The notes beneath the pieces were generated by a model, which had not been told where the DNA came from, made no database searches, and saw nothing but the letters and a program-made list of their open reading frames with translations. DNA of 64,000 bases from Bugula neritina (taxonomy: Eukaryota; Animalia; Bryozoa), in NCBI GenBank assembly GCA_964035545.1, contig OZ037765.1, positions 17,422,995 through 17,486,994 on the forward strand, in the 5' to 3' direction. The translations under genes and the position numbers were made by a program. Positions 33,168 through 45,169 of the stretch are shown here, piece after piece. Numbering within the stretch: the first letter of the stretch is position 1; each line of letters begins with the position of its first letter.

Positions 33168-35334
33168 TTATTCCCAGTCTTTCTTTATATGCAGAACGAA
33201 GCTCCATTCGAGGTATTTGTTTTTGTCATCATCAGTGAAGCAACAGGCCATTCTGCAACAATTAATGATCATTCTACCAGTCATTCATCTGACAAATTTA
33301 CATCCAAATACAAGATAGTTTAAAATTGAGCAATAACAGGAAGCATACTACAACTGAGCTATAACGTATACCATTAGAGCAGCATACTACAACTGAGCTA
33401 TAATGTATACCATTAAAGCAGAAAAAATACATTCCAAAAAGCTAGAAAAACTTCAGAATTATTTAATTTGTCAGAACACTGTGGAAATAGAAACTATCAG
33501 TCTTTTATGAAAAACTTACAAGGGCTAATCAGCTAGCCTTCAAATCATTAGTAGACTTCTAGAACTACTATGAGAATATTTGGCAAATTTGACTCTCAGG
33601 ACTTGAGCAATGGCTGTTTTTAGCAGTACTTCTTTTTCAAGAATGAATTTATTATAAAAACTAATTGAATTCTAAAGAATGCTGTGTGGGTCGGTAGGTT
33701 CTCACTACTTCTCAAATAATTTGTGAGAAAATCAGTTTCGGAGAGGTAGTTCAACATATTATCTGATGCTAGACTGATGAATTTTACTTAAATTGTATTT
33801 TAAAAAATATGTACCATTAAAACGCTAACAATCTTATAGAGCAAAATAATTCAGAGTCCATAATATATATTATATTATAGGCAACATATAGTAGATGTTC
33901 AACTAATGCCTTTATAGGCTTAAAGCTCTGTATTCATATTTTGAGTTGTTGAAGATATACATCAAAGTTATGTACAGTTACTTCTTACAGCGAAATTAAT
34001 TAGACAATACATGTACCCAGAAAGAAAAATCAATAATGATCAGGGCTTTAACCAAATGGCTTCTTAATAACGGAAGTACAATAAGCTAAGAACTCACTTG
34101 TAAGCACCTCTCATAAGCATTCCTGAGGGAGCCTCATCAACAGGAGTGATATAGCTCTGCTCCTCGCTCTTCGGGCCGTAACTACCAACCATGTGAGTAG
34201 TGGAGTCCACTATAATATAGCAACTAAACATAACCTGTGCACTCATAAGAAAAGGACTGGAAGCAAGTATTTCAGAGAAACGGATAAAAAATTGGCTTTT
34301 ATTTTCCATTGTTATGCCCAGTGCCAATATTTCATAAAGCCAGTATCAGTTATATGCTTGACATAGACCAAGTGAAATAGAGCAAGTAGGTTCCACCGAG
34401 ATCATTAACCAACCTTTAATTCCTTTGCGGGAAGTTTTCATTATCAGTTTAAGCCCAGTTACAATTTCTCGTTGTACACAAAAATTAATTCTAAGCCTGT
34501 AAGTGGTGCCCTCTTTTATAGCAAAACTTTGATCTTTGAGGCTAGCGACATCACCTAAAAGAAACTTGCAGCTAAAATAATTTGTGGGTAAGCTGATGTG
34601 TAAAACAGAGCCTTACACAGTCTAATGCCTAACATACAGGTTTTTCATCACAATATCAAAAGCTTACATGTAAGATTCACAGAATGCATGAAGAGAGTCA
34701 ACATAGTGAAATTAGGTATTTTAATAAAATCGGAAGGTCATTTTAAAGTTGCATTTATTTCTATTTTGAGTTTTCAAAGGTATTTTAGTAGAGAGGCTTG
34801 AATTCTCTCTCATTATTATGTAATTTCTTTATTTCCATTAATGAAAGCACTAATTTCTGTTCTCACCAGTAAGATTTAGAGTGGAATCTTCACGGCCCTC
34901 AACGACTAATGAGATACTCTGCACCCTAACAGTTCTAGGATCTTCTGGCCCTGTGAATTGTAATTAAACTTACATAAGTTTGCACCAACAGAAAAAAATT
35001 CCACTACTTTCTAAACCAGAAACAGCATCATTTAAAAGTATTCAGAGTGACAATTAGCATTAAGCCATTGCGCTGTTCAGTAAAATCTCGTCTCATAACA
35101 AAATAATAATCAATATTTTTACTAAAATTACACTTGAAATTACTTACAGAACACGTTGTCAGCACCCACTGCTGAACCTAATAGCTGAGCTTTATATTTT
35201 TGAAGACTTTCATCTTCAGCATCCTGTTCCAGCATCTCATTCATGGACTTCTCTGCTGGAGGTTTATAACCTGGAGTAGCATCTATATCATCTTCAACAT
35301 TCACCGTTGGCACATGATCATCTGCTTCAGCCAT
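33168..35334 (-). CDS. ARHGDIA: Rho GDP-dissociation inhibitor (~202 aa). Coding exons: 35334-35148, 34950-34867, 34554-34414, 34209-34098, 33252-33168
   Basis: YKPPAEKS..E....[16 protein letters not shown] regulatory arm; [32 protein letters not shown] and FTDDDK..YLEW....IKKDW. GT-AG introns in phase. Confidence 0.96.
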
Positions 35335-35544
35335 TGCTCTACAGTTCTACCTATATTAGCATATTTAGTGAGAGCAAAGCATAGATATAATAAGTTTTTT
35401 AATAGCTCTTATACTTGCAAAATACTTGATTTAAGAATATATCATTGTAAAAGTAGAACTGTGCCAAACCTTACATAAACAAAACTACTTAAAACAAAAC
35501 TTCTTGTATTGGATCAATACTGAATGCTTATAAAAGGTCAGCAA

Positions 35545-35762
35545 AAGGGTGCAGCCGTGGTCTAAGGGTTAAAGTGTTTGGCTTAGCAAACACAAAGTTA
35601 TGGGTCTGATCTCCAGTAAAGGCCATTGGTGATGTTAGGAAGAGCATCCAGTCATAATTGCTCCTTCGCCACATAAATGAATAAGTCCTCAGCCCGATTT
35701 AAAAAAACCGCTCCATGGGGGGTTTCCCACAGGAATGGCGAATATAAATTTGAGTTTTTTTC
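35545..35762 (+). mobile_element. tRNA-derived SINE with 15-bp TSD
   Basis: A-box-like TGGTCTAAGGG and degenerate B box GGTCTGATCTCC; flanked by ATAAAAGGTCAGCAA (35530-35544) and ATAAAAGATCAGCAA (35763-35777). Confidence 0.8.
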
Positions 35763-36089
35763 ATAAAAGATCAGCAAGATCACACACTACACCAACAGCT
35801 GCAGGGAATGTTCTGGCATTAGCTAAAATTAAAAATGCTGGTCTGAGTCCCTAATTAGGAAAATCTAATTAAGTTATGAATTGAGGAATAGCCAAAAGAT
35901 GCAAGACCCAAGAGTTGCCAAGCAGTCTAGTAAGCCTTTTTGAGCTAAAATATCATTAAGAATAGAGAAGTTTGATAATAACTGCATAATGATGATTGTG
36001 ATGCATGCCACTAGTAATAGCCCATATAAATCACTGAATTTCACAGTAATAGCATTAACCTAAACTTAAGAGTTAAACACAGCTATAGT

Positions 36090-36765
36090 TCATAGTTGAC
36101 ATTTGACTAAAAATGTATAGCCATACTAATACACATATTGATATTCATATAATTTCTTGTCAGTTTAAAACATACAAAACTAAACTCTAGCATATAACTA
36201 CCATTATGATAATAACTATCATCATATAGTTATACAAGCAATTTTATGTTATTGTTAATGTTGATAGTTATATTGATGATGATTATCACAAGTATCACTA
36301 TTACTATTAGTATTATTAAACTTACTAGCAGCATCACTAGCAGTTATGAGTTAATGTTATCGAATAACTATAAGTTATACTTATTAAGTGTCACACTAAA
36401 TTAAAATGTGAGTAAAAGACTAAAAGTAAGAGTATGACTATGACTATAACAACCAATTAACTTTAAAAATATGTAATAGTATAAGTATCACTTGAGACTG
36501 AGTAACTAGCTCAATATTATTAGCATTACTAAAATTTCTATTACAGTATTAGAGATTTCCTTTTAGAGTAAAACTAAAAGTACATGAGTAATAGTTTAAG
36601 TGATAACAGATAAGATTAAGTCATAAAAACAACCAAGATCTTTAATGACTAAGTTATTCAAAGTCTAAAAGGTATCAGCATAAATATGTTTATAAGTTAC
36701 TGTCAGGGTGTCAATCTAATCTATTATTTAATACACTGAAACTAAAACTAATACTAATAGTAATG
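36090..36765. repeat. Degenerate 6-nt-periodic TA tract (RhoGDI 5' intron)
   Basis: ATACTAATAGT at 36751-36761; reverse complement at 36303-36313. Confidence 0.7.
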
Positions 36766-36789
36766 GGCAATAGCGCATTGCCATTAATG

Positions 36790-37340
36790 AACCTGGTAAA
36801 GTACGGAAGAAGGAAGACTACGGAACGGAATTAATGGAGAAAATGAGATCTGCATAACGTAGAATTTCTGCAGATTTCGCGCAGAATGTTAGCCTTCAAT
36901 CTTTATGTATATAGCCTTTTGAACAGCTCAAAAGGCTATATAATAAATATAATATAATATATATAATATAATATATTGTCATCAACCGCACTGTAAAAAT
37001 AAGTTTGTTGGAAGGCTGTAGCGATATTATTAGAAAGCTGCTAGAAGCAGCATGAAGTTTGTAGACACTGAGCGCAGGAAATTTGAAGATTTAACCTAAA
37101 TCCCTAACTCTTGACACGAGACTCTAAACTATTGCATTCAGTGACCAGAAACTCGGTGCTGCTTCTATCAATTTTTTTATCATTATGTCATAGGATAGGG
37201 AAATAGCTCGTAATTATTAAAATCTATAAAACGCAACTGCTAACTCCCAGTGGCCATGGAGTTAAAAACTGAAAAATTCTGTGTAACTTCAAATTAGTGT
37301 AATCTATTTAGCGAATCATTGATTTGCAGTTTTGTTTCAT
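36790..37340. promoter_or_regulatory. Putative bidirectional promoter between RhoGDI (-) and Lifeguard (+)
   Basis: CpG-retaining patch between two divergent genes whose first coding exons both begin after an AG acceptor; candidate minus-strand donor CAG|GTTCAT at 36792. TSSs are inferred, not observed. Confidence 0.5.
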
Positions 37341-37344
37341 AACA

Positions 37345-37875
37345 ACTACTTATAGTAATACTAATAGTAATGATTAATGACTAATACTAATAGTAATAAT
37401 TATAATAATAATAATATTAATATCAATATGTACTTCAACTTGCAGTTGTAGTTAAACTTAAAGTTAGTGAGTTGAATGGGAATCACTAAATCTAATCAGT
37501 TATTTATACTTATAGTTATGCTTCTAGTTCTTGTTAATGATTTTTATGTTAAATTTTTATTGGAATTTGAAAACAGTAACTGTAAGTGTAACTCTTACAG
37601 TTACTCTGGGTGACTTTAAGTCTAACATTACATATTGATATTGATGGAGGTAATTAATTAATTCGCTTTCAAATAACTGGGTCTGTTAGTGTTACTGTTA
37701 GTATCGGTAGCTGTAACACTAGCTGTAAAAGTATCTCACTACCATAATCATTACTTGTTAAACTTTTAGTTTTAATTTTAGCCTTTGGCTTTAGACTTAC
37801 TTTTGTTCTTAGCTCTTTACTTTTAGTTTTACAGTTAGTGTTACCTTTACTCATTTAGTCTTACTTTTTATTTTA
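37345..37875. repeat. Degenerate 6-nt-periodic TA tract (Lifeguard 5' intron)
   Basis: ATACTAATAGT at 37358 and 37384; ACTCTTACAGTTACTCT at 37591-37607. Confidence 0.7.
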
Positions 37876-37918
37876 TATTGTGGGAGATTTTGGAAGTTAT
37901 TATCACTATGTTCTGGAA

Positions 37919-38250
37919 AGTGTCTGGTAAAAATGGCACAGGTAATTATGGCAAAGGTAATAATGGCACAAATGGCGAGGTAATGTTGGTAAAATTGGCA
38001 CATTTTCAATATTAGGGGGTGGGATCGAGGGTTTGAGTTTGGGTTTGGCTTTAAAGGTTTGAGTTTTGGGTAGAGTTTGGTAAAATGTTACATCAGTGTG
38101 TCGCTTTTACCTACTTTTCCGTTTGTGCTCTTATTACCTGTGTCATTATTACCTGTACCATTATCACCTGTGCCATTATTACCTGTGCCATTATTACTTG
38201 CGCCATTATTACCTGTGCCATTTTTACCTGTGCCATTTTTACCTAACATA
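37919..38250. mobile_element. Mutator-like MITE with 15-bp subterminal tandem repeats and 9-bp TSD
   Basis: Inverted GGTAAAAATGGCACAGGTAA arrays at both ends, internal GGGTTT-like tract, direct repeat GTTCTGGAA at 37910-37918 and 38251-38259. Confidence 0.85.
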
Positions 38251-38324
38251 GTTCTGGAAAGTTTTAGAATGCATCAATTTCTTAGCTATCTTTCTGAATG
38301 CCTCAAATGTTGTTATTATAGTTA

Positions 38325-38700
38325 AGGCCTGGCCTCACGATCGTGAGAATCAAATTAAATCGTGTGACGGTTTTTGTGAGTTATCCTTTCGTTATGACCA
38401 GCCACACACTCGTCAAATGAAACACATAATAAATAGTCTGTGAATGAGTCTTGCACGAGGTACAAACAGCAGAAAATTGCCAAATAGAAAAACGTGGTAG
38501 AAACGAAATAATTACTGTTGCTAAAATTCTATTGACCAATCAAATGGTAGTTGTCCATTGTGATTTTTCGTCCATCGTCATCGTTGTGTACACCCAACGA
38601 AGACGGTTTCGTTTGAATTCCCTCAAATTTTCTCGTACTAATGTTTTTTCGTGTCAAATAGACGATTTTGTGTGATTCTCACGATCGTGAGGCCAGGCCT
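38325..38700. mobile_element. PIF/Harbinger (Tourist-like) MITE
   Basis: Perfect 28-bp TIR AGGCCTGGCCTCACGATCGTGAGAATCA, flanked by TTA on both sides. Confidence 0.9.
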
Positions 38701-39646
38701 TTAAGCTCTTGGCGTAGTAGATTGTTCATTTTTCTTTGTCTACTTTTCTTTTGTTTATGTAAACCCTTTTTTGCCGGTTGGAGTCCGACTGTGGAATATT
38801 GTAAAATTCTTTCCCTGAATTCTAGAGTATAAAAGGAGGCCAGCTTCTAGCTGTAGAATTAGTCTGCAGCTGGGGCTCATTGGAGGAGGACCCACCATAA
38901 AGACTACTACACACACTACTATCAATAAAGATATAATAAATATATATTTAAACTAAGATACTCTCTGCTTTTTTACTCACTTACAAGGAGTTATGTTCTC
39001 CACCTAATTGTTTCCAAATCTACCAAAATATCACAATAATATTATCATTATCTATTACTTAGTAATTTAATGATGGAATTATATTTCTACTAGTTTTAAA
39101 GTTGAACTTGGATAATTTGTAATTCAATGCATTATCATTATGATTTTATTTAATATTATTTAGTATTAATATTATTAGTGTTACCATTGGTGTTATAAAT
39201 ATAATAATTAGTTGAATAGGCTATTTTTGTTTGTTTAATTAAAATAATGGACTAAATTTGTGGAGGGTTCAGTAAAGATTAATTTGTTTTTTAAATAGGA
39301 ATGTATGAGATATTACTATTAGTATTGGGGGTATTATTATCACTAAAAGAAATTCGGCTTTTAGTATAATAATTATGTTCTTTAAGTTTAATAAAAAATA
39401 TAATTTAAAAATAGCATATTTCACTTATATTTAGTTATTGAAAAACAGTAAATTGATGTTTAGTTAATATCAATTAAGTAAGGTTATGCTGCTTAATACC
39501 ATATTAACATTTGAAAAAATAACACTGCTTGTGTTGGTCTGTTTTCAATCTTTATTTTAAGGCAAAAGTACTGAGAGACAACAAAAAATTGAATACAATT
39601 ATTATTCAACTTGATAATTTAGTTGGAAGAGTTTTCTGTGGTAAAG

Positions 39647-41536
39647 ATGGCTACAGCACCCCCTCCTCCGTCCTATGATGATGCTAACAAAGATCAGTAT
39701 CCTCCATATGCACAAGCAGGGTATCAAACAGGCCCTCCTCCTGCTAATCAAGGCTATAGTTACAACACCTCAAGCTATCCACCACCTCAACAACCCTATG
39801 GACAGCCTCAATATCAGGATTACACAGGGACTGCAGACCGTAAATATTGCAACTCAGTAGTATTTGAGTAATAAAAGTTCTCAGTAGAATATTTAGTTAA
39901 TTATATAACTAAATAATTGAAGTAGTGTTCCAAAATGCTTTTTTATAGCAGTTACTATAACAATAACTATTTAGCAATGTTTTTACTGCTAAAGTAACAG
40001 CTAGTTATGTTAGAATTACTCACGTGTATTTTTTTTATATATTTTAGAAGAGGCATATAACGCATTCAACACTAATTCCTTCTCCGATAAAGCAATTCGA
40101 AACAGGTTCATCAAGAAGGTCTACCTTATTCTGATGTGCCAACTTCTCTTTACATCTGCTCTTGTTGCGGTTTTTGTTCTGGTGTAAGCACTAGTTTTTA
40201 GCATTCATTTACTCTATAAAAAATTGTTGCATTTCTTCTAAGATTATTATGTCTAATGCTACTGAAATATGAGTTATCTTTTGAGTGCCTATCCGGTAGG
40301 TTTTTCTTTGCAGAGCTTCTGTCAGGACTTGGGTACATAACAACCTGTGGTTTTACATCTTGGCTTACATTACTTTCTTTGTGACATACATTGTGTTGGC
40401 TTGCTGTCCTGGTGTAAGAAGAAAGTTTCCTGGCAATTACATTGCCCTACTGGTCTTTGTAAGTTTACTCTATAAATTTCTACTTCTTTTGAAGGCCTTC
40501 TGCCTCTTATAAAGATTAGATATTATTAAAACCCTTGAGATTAACTTTATTTTTAAATTTATTTATATGTACTACATTATTAAAAAGAAAATTTTGAAAA
40601 AAGATATTTATGATTTGCAAATTTGAAAGGGCTTGCTCCCATCCCTTAATCTATCCCCCCCCCCACTTTTTAATTACTTTAGTTACCTATTCTCCATCAG
40701 CAGCTGCATTTACAGGACTGGGATTACTCATGTTTACTGACATTTGAATAAACACTGTAACACATTATGACCTTTTTCTCATTGCCAGCTATTTTCCAAA
40801 ATTTGACTCCTTTTGCAACTGTACAATGAAAATATATGTATAGGCTACTGATATTTCAAGTGTAGAGACTGCTATACAGATGCTGGTAACTTTGAAGTGA
40901 ATGAGTGCTCCACCTACTCTGTTGTTAAAGCAATTGGTGCCTAAAGAATTCAGATCTTAACATAGTAATTTCTTCCTCATAATATAATTACTTTTTGCTA
41001 AAAGTACAGTACCAATATTTACTCTAAATTTAATGGTCTTTGCAGAAGAAAAAAATATAGACACCAAACAAGTGTTAGCTTGTACTCCTTATTAGATGGG
41101 TTAACAACTGTAAATTGATCATGTTTATTTATACAGTGTAACAAAACATGGTGTTTATGCTCATAAGGTTGGCCACCCCTGGCCTATACAGTCATATTGT
41201 AGAACAGATTAATTTACTTCAGATAGTCTTACTGAACACTGCAATATTAATTATTAGATAATACTAGAATATTGCAAATATTCATAGCTGTGCTTTACTA
41301 GAATAATGAAATAATGGACATGTTGTTTCGAAATAATCAGCAAATAGAAGGTTATACTGAAAAACCTGAAGCAATATTTTTAATAGGTTTGATAATATTG
41401 TCTGAAACATGGTGAAGTACATGCTGAAAATTTGTACATTCATTTGATGCTCAGTGTTCACAGTTTAACTTGTTTATTTATATTGATTGCTGGTATGAGT
41501 TTACTAAGACCTGAGTTTCTTGGTGCTCAAACTTCC

Positions 41537-41622
<86 letters not shown>

Positions 41623-44256
41623 AGATCTGCATGAGTTGGTCACTTTCTCCAGGATTTTCCAAGTCTCAGTAGGTTGCGTGTAATTTGTCAATTTAAAACA
41701 TTTTACATTGCATGGTACTTAGAAGTTGTCTTTTCTATAATTACTTCAGTTGCCGTTGAAGTTAAAAAGCTTAATATCAGTAACCAACCTTCTTGAAACT
41801 TAACAAACAAAATTCCTTGATGATGAAGTTCACCTTAGATGTGAAAAGCTGTCACATAAATAAAGATATTTTGTCGTCTCATAAAATAATAAATGTTGTT
41901 TGCCCAGCTCTTTCAACCTATCTAGATTTGGTTATGCATAATATGTGTTTTTAACTCTATGATTTCAGATACATGTATTGCTTTTACAAGTGAGAAATAT
42001 TCTTCTTTTTCAGAGTTCTACATTAAATAGTAACATTCAGCACAGTTTGTAGTCATTGTTATTTATATTAATCTTGAGATTTCACATAAGTTCATGTGTA
42101 TAATAAGGTGATGACGATGCTTTTAGACGCTGATGTTCTCCTACGTGTGTGCTGCCATAGCCAGCTTCCACGATGCCCAAGCTGTTCTCATAGCTGCTGG
42201 CATCACTGCTCTTGTGACCTTCTGCATTTCCTTGTTCGCCATTCAGACAAAGATTGACTTCACCATGTGCTCGGGCCTCATCTTTGCTGCTTCTATGGTT
42301 CTCCTCTTCATGGGCATTGCTTTTCTCATTGTGTTCTCTACTAACCTCAGCGATAAAAACCGATACGTAAGTTCATCCTTTATTTGTATTCAATCTTCAA
42401 AAACAACATAGTGAAGTTATGTTGAAAACAGAACAATATAAATGTGCTTGAGTTTTTGATGGCTAATCTGTTTTTTCAGATTCTTAGAGAACTGTTACTG
42501 TTAAAGTTAAGATTTGTAATCATAATAAATAGTTAATTAACTAAGATAGTTAAAATCAGGTTTGCAATCTACTTTCCTAATCAAACTTCATGTTACATCT
42601 GTTGTGTTTTAATATATTCACACCTTTCACACCTATACGGTCGTAGTCCTTTACGGGTGACCGGTCTGCAGGCTTCCAAACTATCAGCGTCCGCCATCTT
42701 TCCCGGTCTTCTGCATCCTCTGGTTTAAGGCCCCAACGCTTCATGTCATCTCTTATCTCCCATCTCCTGTTGTGTTTTAATATAATATATGTGTGCTTAT
42801 TGTCGCAGACTGACAAAAAAAGCAAAGAGAAAAAGTGATAAGTGTCAAGTGTTAAGTGAAGTGAATAAAAACAGAAAATGCTGGGTTTATCTAACAGTCT
42901 AAAAAGTTGTCTATTTTGTAGTAGCCAGAATCTTTGTAGAAACAATGATAATATGATAATACAATTGATAATTGATATGATATTACAAGTTAAGCTGTAA
43001 TTAAACACCCAGCTTTCCAAACTCATGTAACATCCCAACAGCATTCACAAATCATTGCATATACTTTATAGTCATCAGTTTTACCTGCTATATAGGAAAC
43101 TGTAGTCTTTACACAAAGCTTGATCTAATGTGTTACCTTCCTACTGATAGTCTTGTGTTACTACTTGTGCCTGGTACTTGCTATCTGCTGCCTAATATGT
43201 TACTGTTTGGATGTATTTTCAGTACCTGCAGTGTGTTTATGGAGGTATAGCAGCTCTGATCATGTGCTTGGTAAGTAAGATTACATGAAGCGTGTTACTG
43301 GTCTTATTGATTTTTGAATATGTTATCAACTTCAACTTGTACCTCAATTTTTATACTCTGAAAAGCTCCTGTTGCATCAAACAACCATAACAGCTCAGTC
43401 ACATATTGCAGTTAATTACTATGGCAAGGCATTCAAAGTTCTACTTGGTTTTGCCATTTTGGCATATATTTATTTAACGGAAAACACTCAGCAGAGATTT
43501 TTTAATTCAGCTAAATAATTTTGCTGAATAGAATCAGTGTCATTAAATTATTTTCTCACCAATATAAAGCACTTGGTGTAACGTGTTGCAATATCTGTCT
43601 ACAAGTTGATTATATTGCTATACATTCATAGTAATGAAACTATAACAACCTACTAGCTGATTATGTCTGAAAAGGAGCTGCATTTACATTTTATAGTATA
43701 AAGCAAATATGTATATTTGTTTACTAAAACAATTTGCAACAAGCAACATTTAAGAAATTTCGTGATAGTTTTACTAATTTAAATAGAATTATCTATATTT
43801 TAATGCAAGTTCTGTTCTTACACGTAACTTTGTTTTTTTTCTAAATTGGTCAAGATATATGCTGTATCATATGCACTCACTAGACTACTAAAGTGTTTAC
43901 TAGGTTTAGTGTGAAAGTTGAAACATTTGTACTGTGAAGTTTTATTCACAAGTGATGGCGATAATAACTTAATAGTTTACAGCCCTAGATAAAAAGTTTA
44001 GCAGAATTGTAAGACTTTAAATTCTAAACTAAAGAAGAAGCAACTGGCTTAAAATTTCACACAAGTTCATCTGCCTTTTAAATTTTTTCTTTTGTAGTTT
44101 CTGGTCTATGACACACAAAGAATTGTAGGTGGAAAGAACAGGAAAAACCCAGTGAGTGCAGAGGAACACATCTTGGGAGCTATGGAGCTTTACCTTGATA
44201 TTGTGTATATTTTCCTTTTGATTCTCTCCATCTTTGGTGGAGGTAGCAAGGACTAG
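39647..44256 (+). CDS. Protein lifeguard-like (TMBIM/Bax inhibitor-1 family, GRINA/FAIM2 group, ~306 aa). Coding exons: 39647-39839, 40048-40183, 40314-40458, 42127-42366, 43223-43270, 44098-44256
   Basis: Pro/Tyr/Gln-rich N-terminus with PPPSY; FSDKAIRNRFIKKVYLIL..QL, VRRKFPGN, FAIQTKIDFT, FLVYDTQ.IVGG and EEHILGAMELYLDIVYIF (both conserved aspartates). Phases consistent. Exact vertebrate orthologue not assignable. Confidence 0.95.
41543..41616. repeat. (AT)n microsatellite
   Basis: Pure AT dinucleotide run. Confidence 0.97.
42617..42766 (-). mobile_element. 5'-truncated RTE-like LINE fragment with 18-bp TSD
   Basis: Minus-strand peptide RWEIRDDMKRWGLKPEDAEDRERWRTLI is typical of RTE ORF C-termini; (AGGTGTGAA)2 tail; perfect direct repeat CTGTTGTGTTTTAATATA at 42599-42616 and 42767-42784. 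Confidence 0.88.
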
Positions 44257-45169
44257 AAAGGGCAGGGTCATCTCTAGTATACCAGAGTGTTTAAACTCTG
44301 AGCATGTAATCTTTTGACATTTTAAGCATTATGCTGCATTTGCAGTTTCTGTATGGCGTAGGCTCTTACTATATACCAATGCATTCATCTTGTTCTTCAA
44401 ATATGAAGTAGTTCCAGTGTGTTCACAGATATAGTGTTGCAGGTCACTGAGTATTTTAATGATTAATCTATAACTGAACTCTCTGTAGTATTAAAGAAGT
44501 TCTTTGTGTTTATATTGATTTCAAATAAATTGTAACTGAACTAAAGGTGTGGTGACATACAATATACTATATTATATATCCAGATCTGTGATAACCAGCT
44601 TTACCTGCTGGCTACATTCTTGTATTGTAACACCAATAGTCTTGTCTCTAATCTTGGTTCATAGCCTATACACTAAAGGAAACGTGTCTTTATAATTTTA
44701 TGTTGTTGCTTTCTTTTGAAATAATTATTTTTCTAATAAACTGTGCTAAAAGAAAAAAACATTTTAACCATCTAATCCTCCCAAGTAACGAGTAGTTTAC
44801 TCAAGTTCCAAGGTAAAGATTATAAGGTAACATTTACCATAAATTCAATCTTCATCCCTAATGATGCGTCTCCATTACCATCACCTAATTGTCTTTCTTA
44901 TGCAGTTTCTAAATTGATGTATTGCTCATTGAACATCACAAATATTGCAGAAATAAACTTCATGATTGATCCATAAGTTGACAATCACAACTATCAGCAG
45001 AACAAGATGGCAAGGCTTTCCTCTGCAATAAAGCCTATTCAGAAATCAGCAGAACATTGTTTATTTTTGCTGTTCTTTTTCTAATTTTTTAAAATTTGTA
45101 TGACTAAATATTGAATCCAACTTTAATTTGCTAGTTGCACTCACAGTTGAAAGCAGATGAAATTATTTT

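Larger units (their letters stand above)
37879..39035 (+). mobile_element. Candidate solo LTR carrying two nested MITEs
   Basis: TGTG...CACA ends with imperfect inverted similarity, TATAAAA at 38828, AATAAA at 38924, flanks ATAT/ATAA. About 440 bp after removing the MITEs. Confidence 0.4.

Noticed and set aside
38077-38325. Pro/Leu-rich ORF (VPLLP repeats)
   Set aside because: Translation of the MITE 15-bp tandem repeats.
41165-41181. Second hAT element (AAGGTTGGCCACCCCTG end)
   Set aside because: Isolated TIR-like word; no partner end or TSD found.
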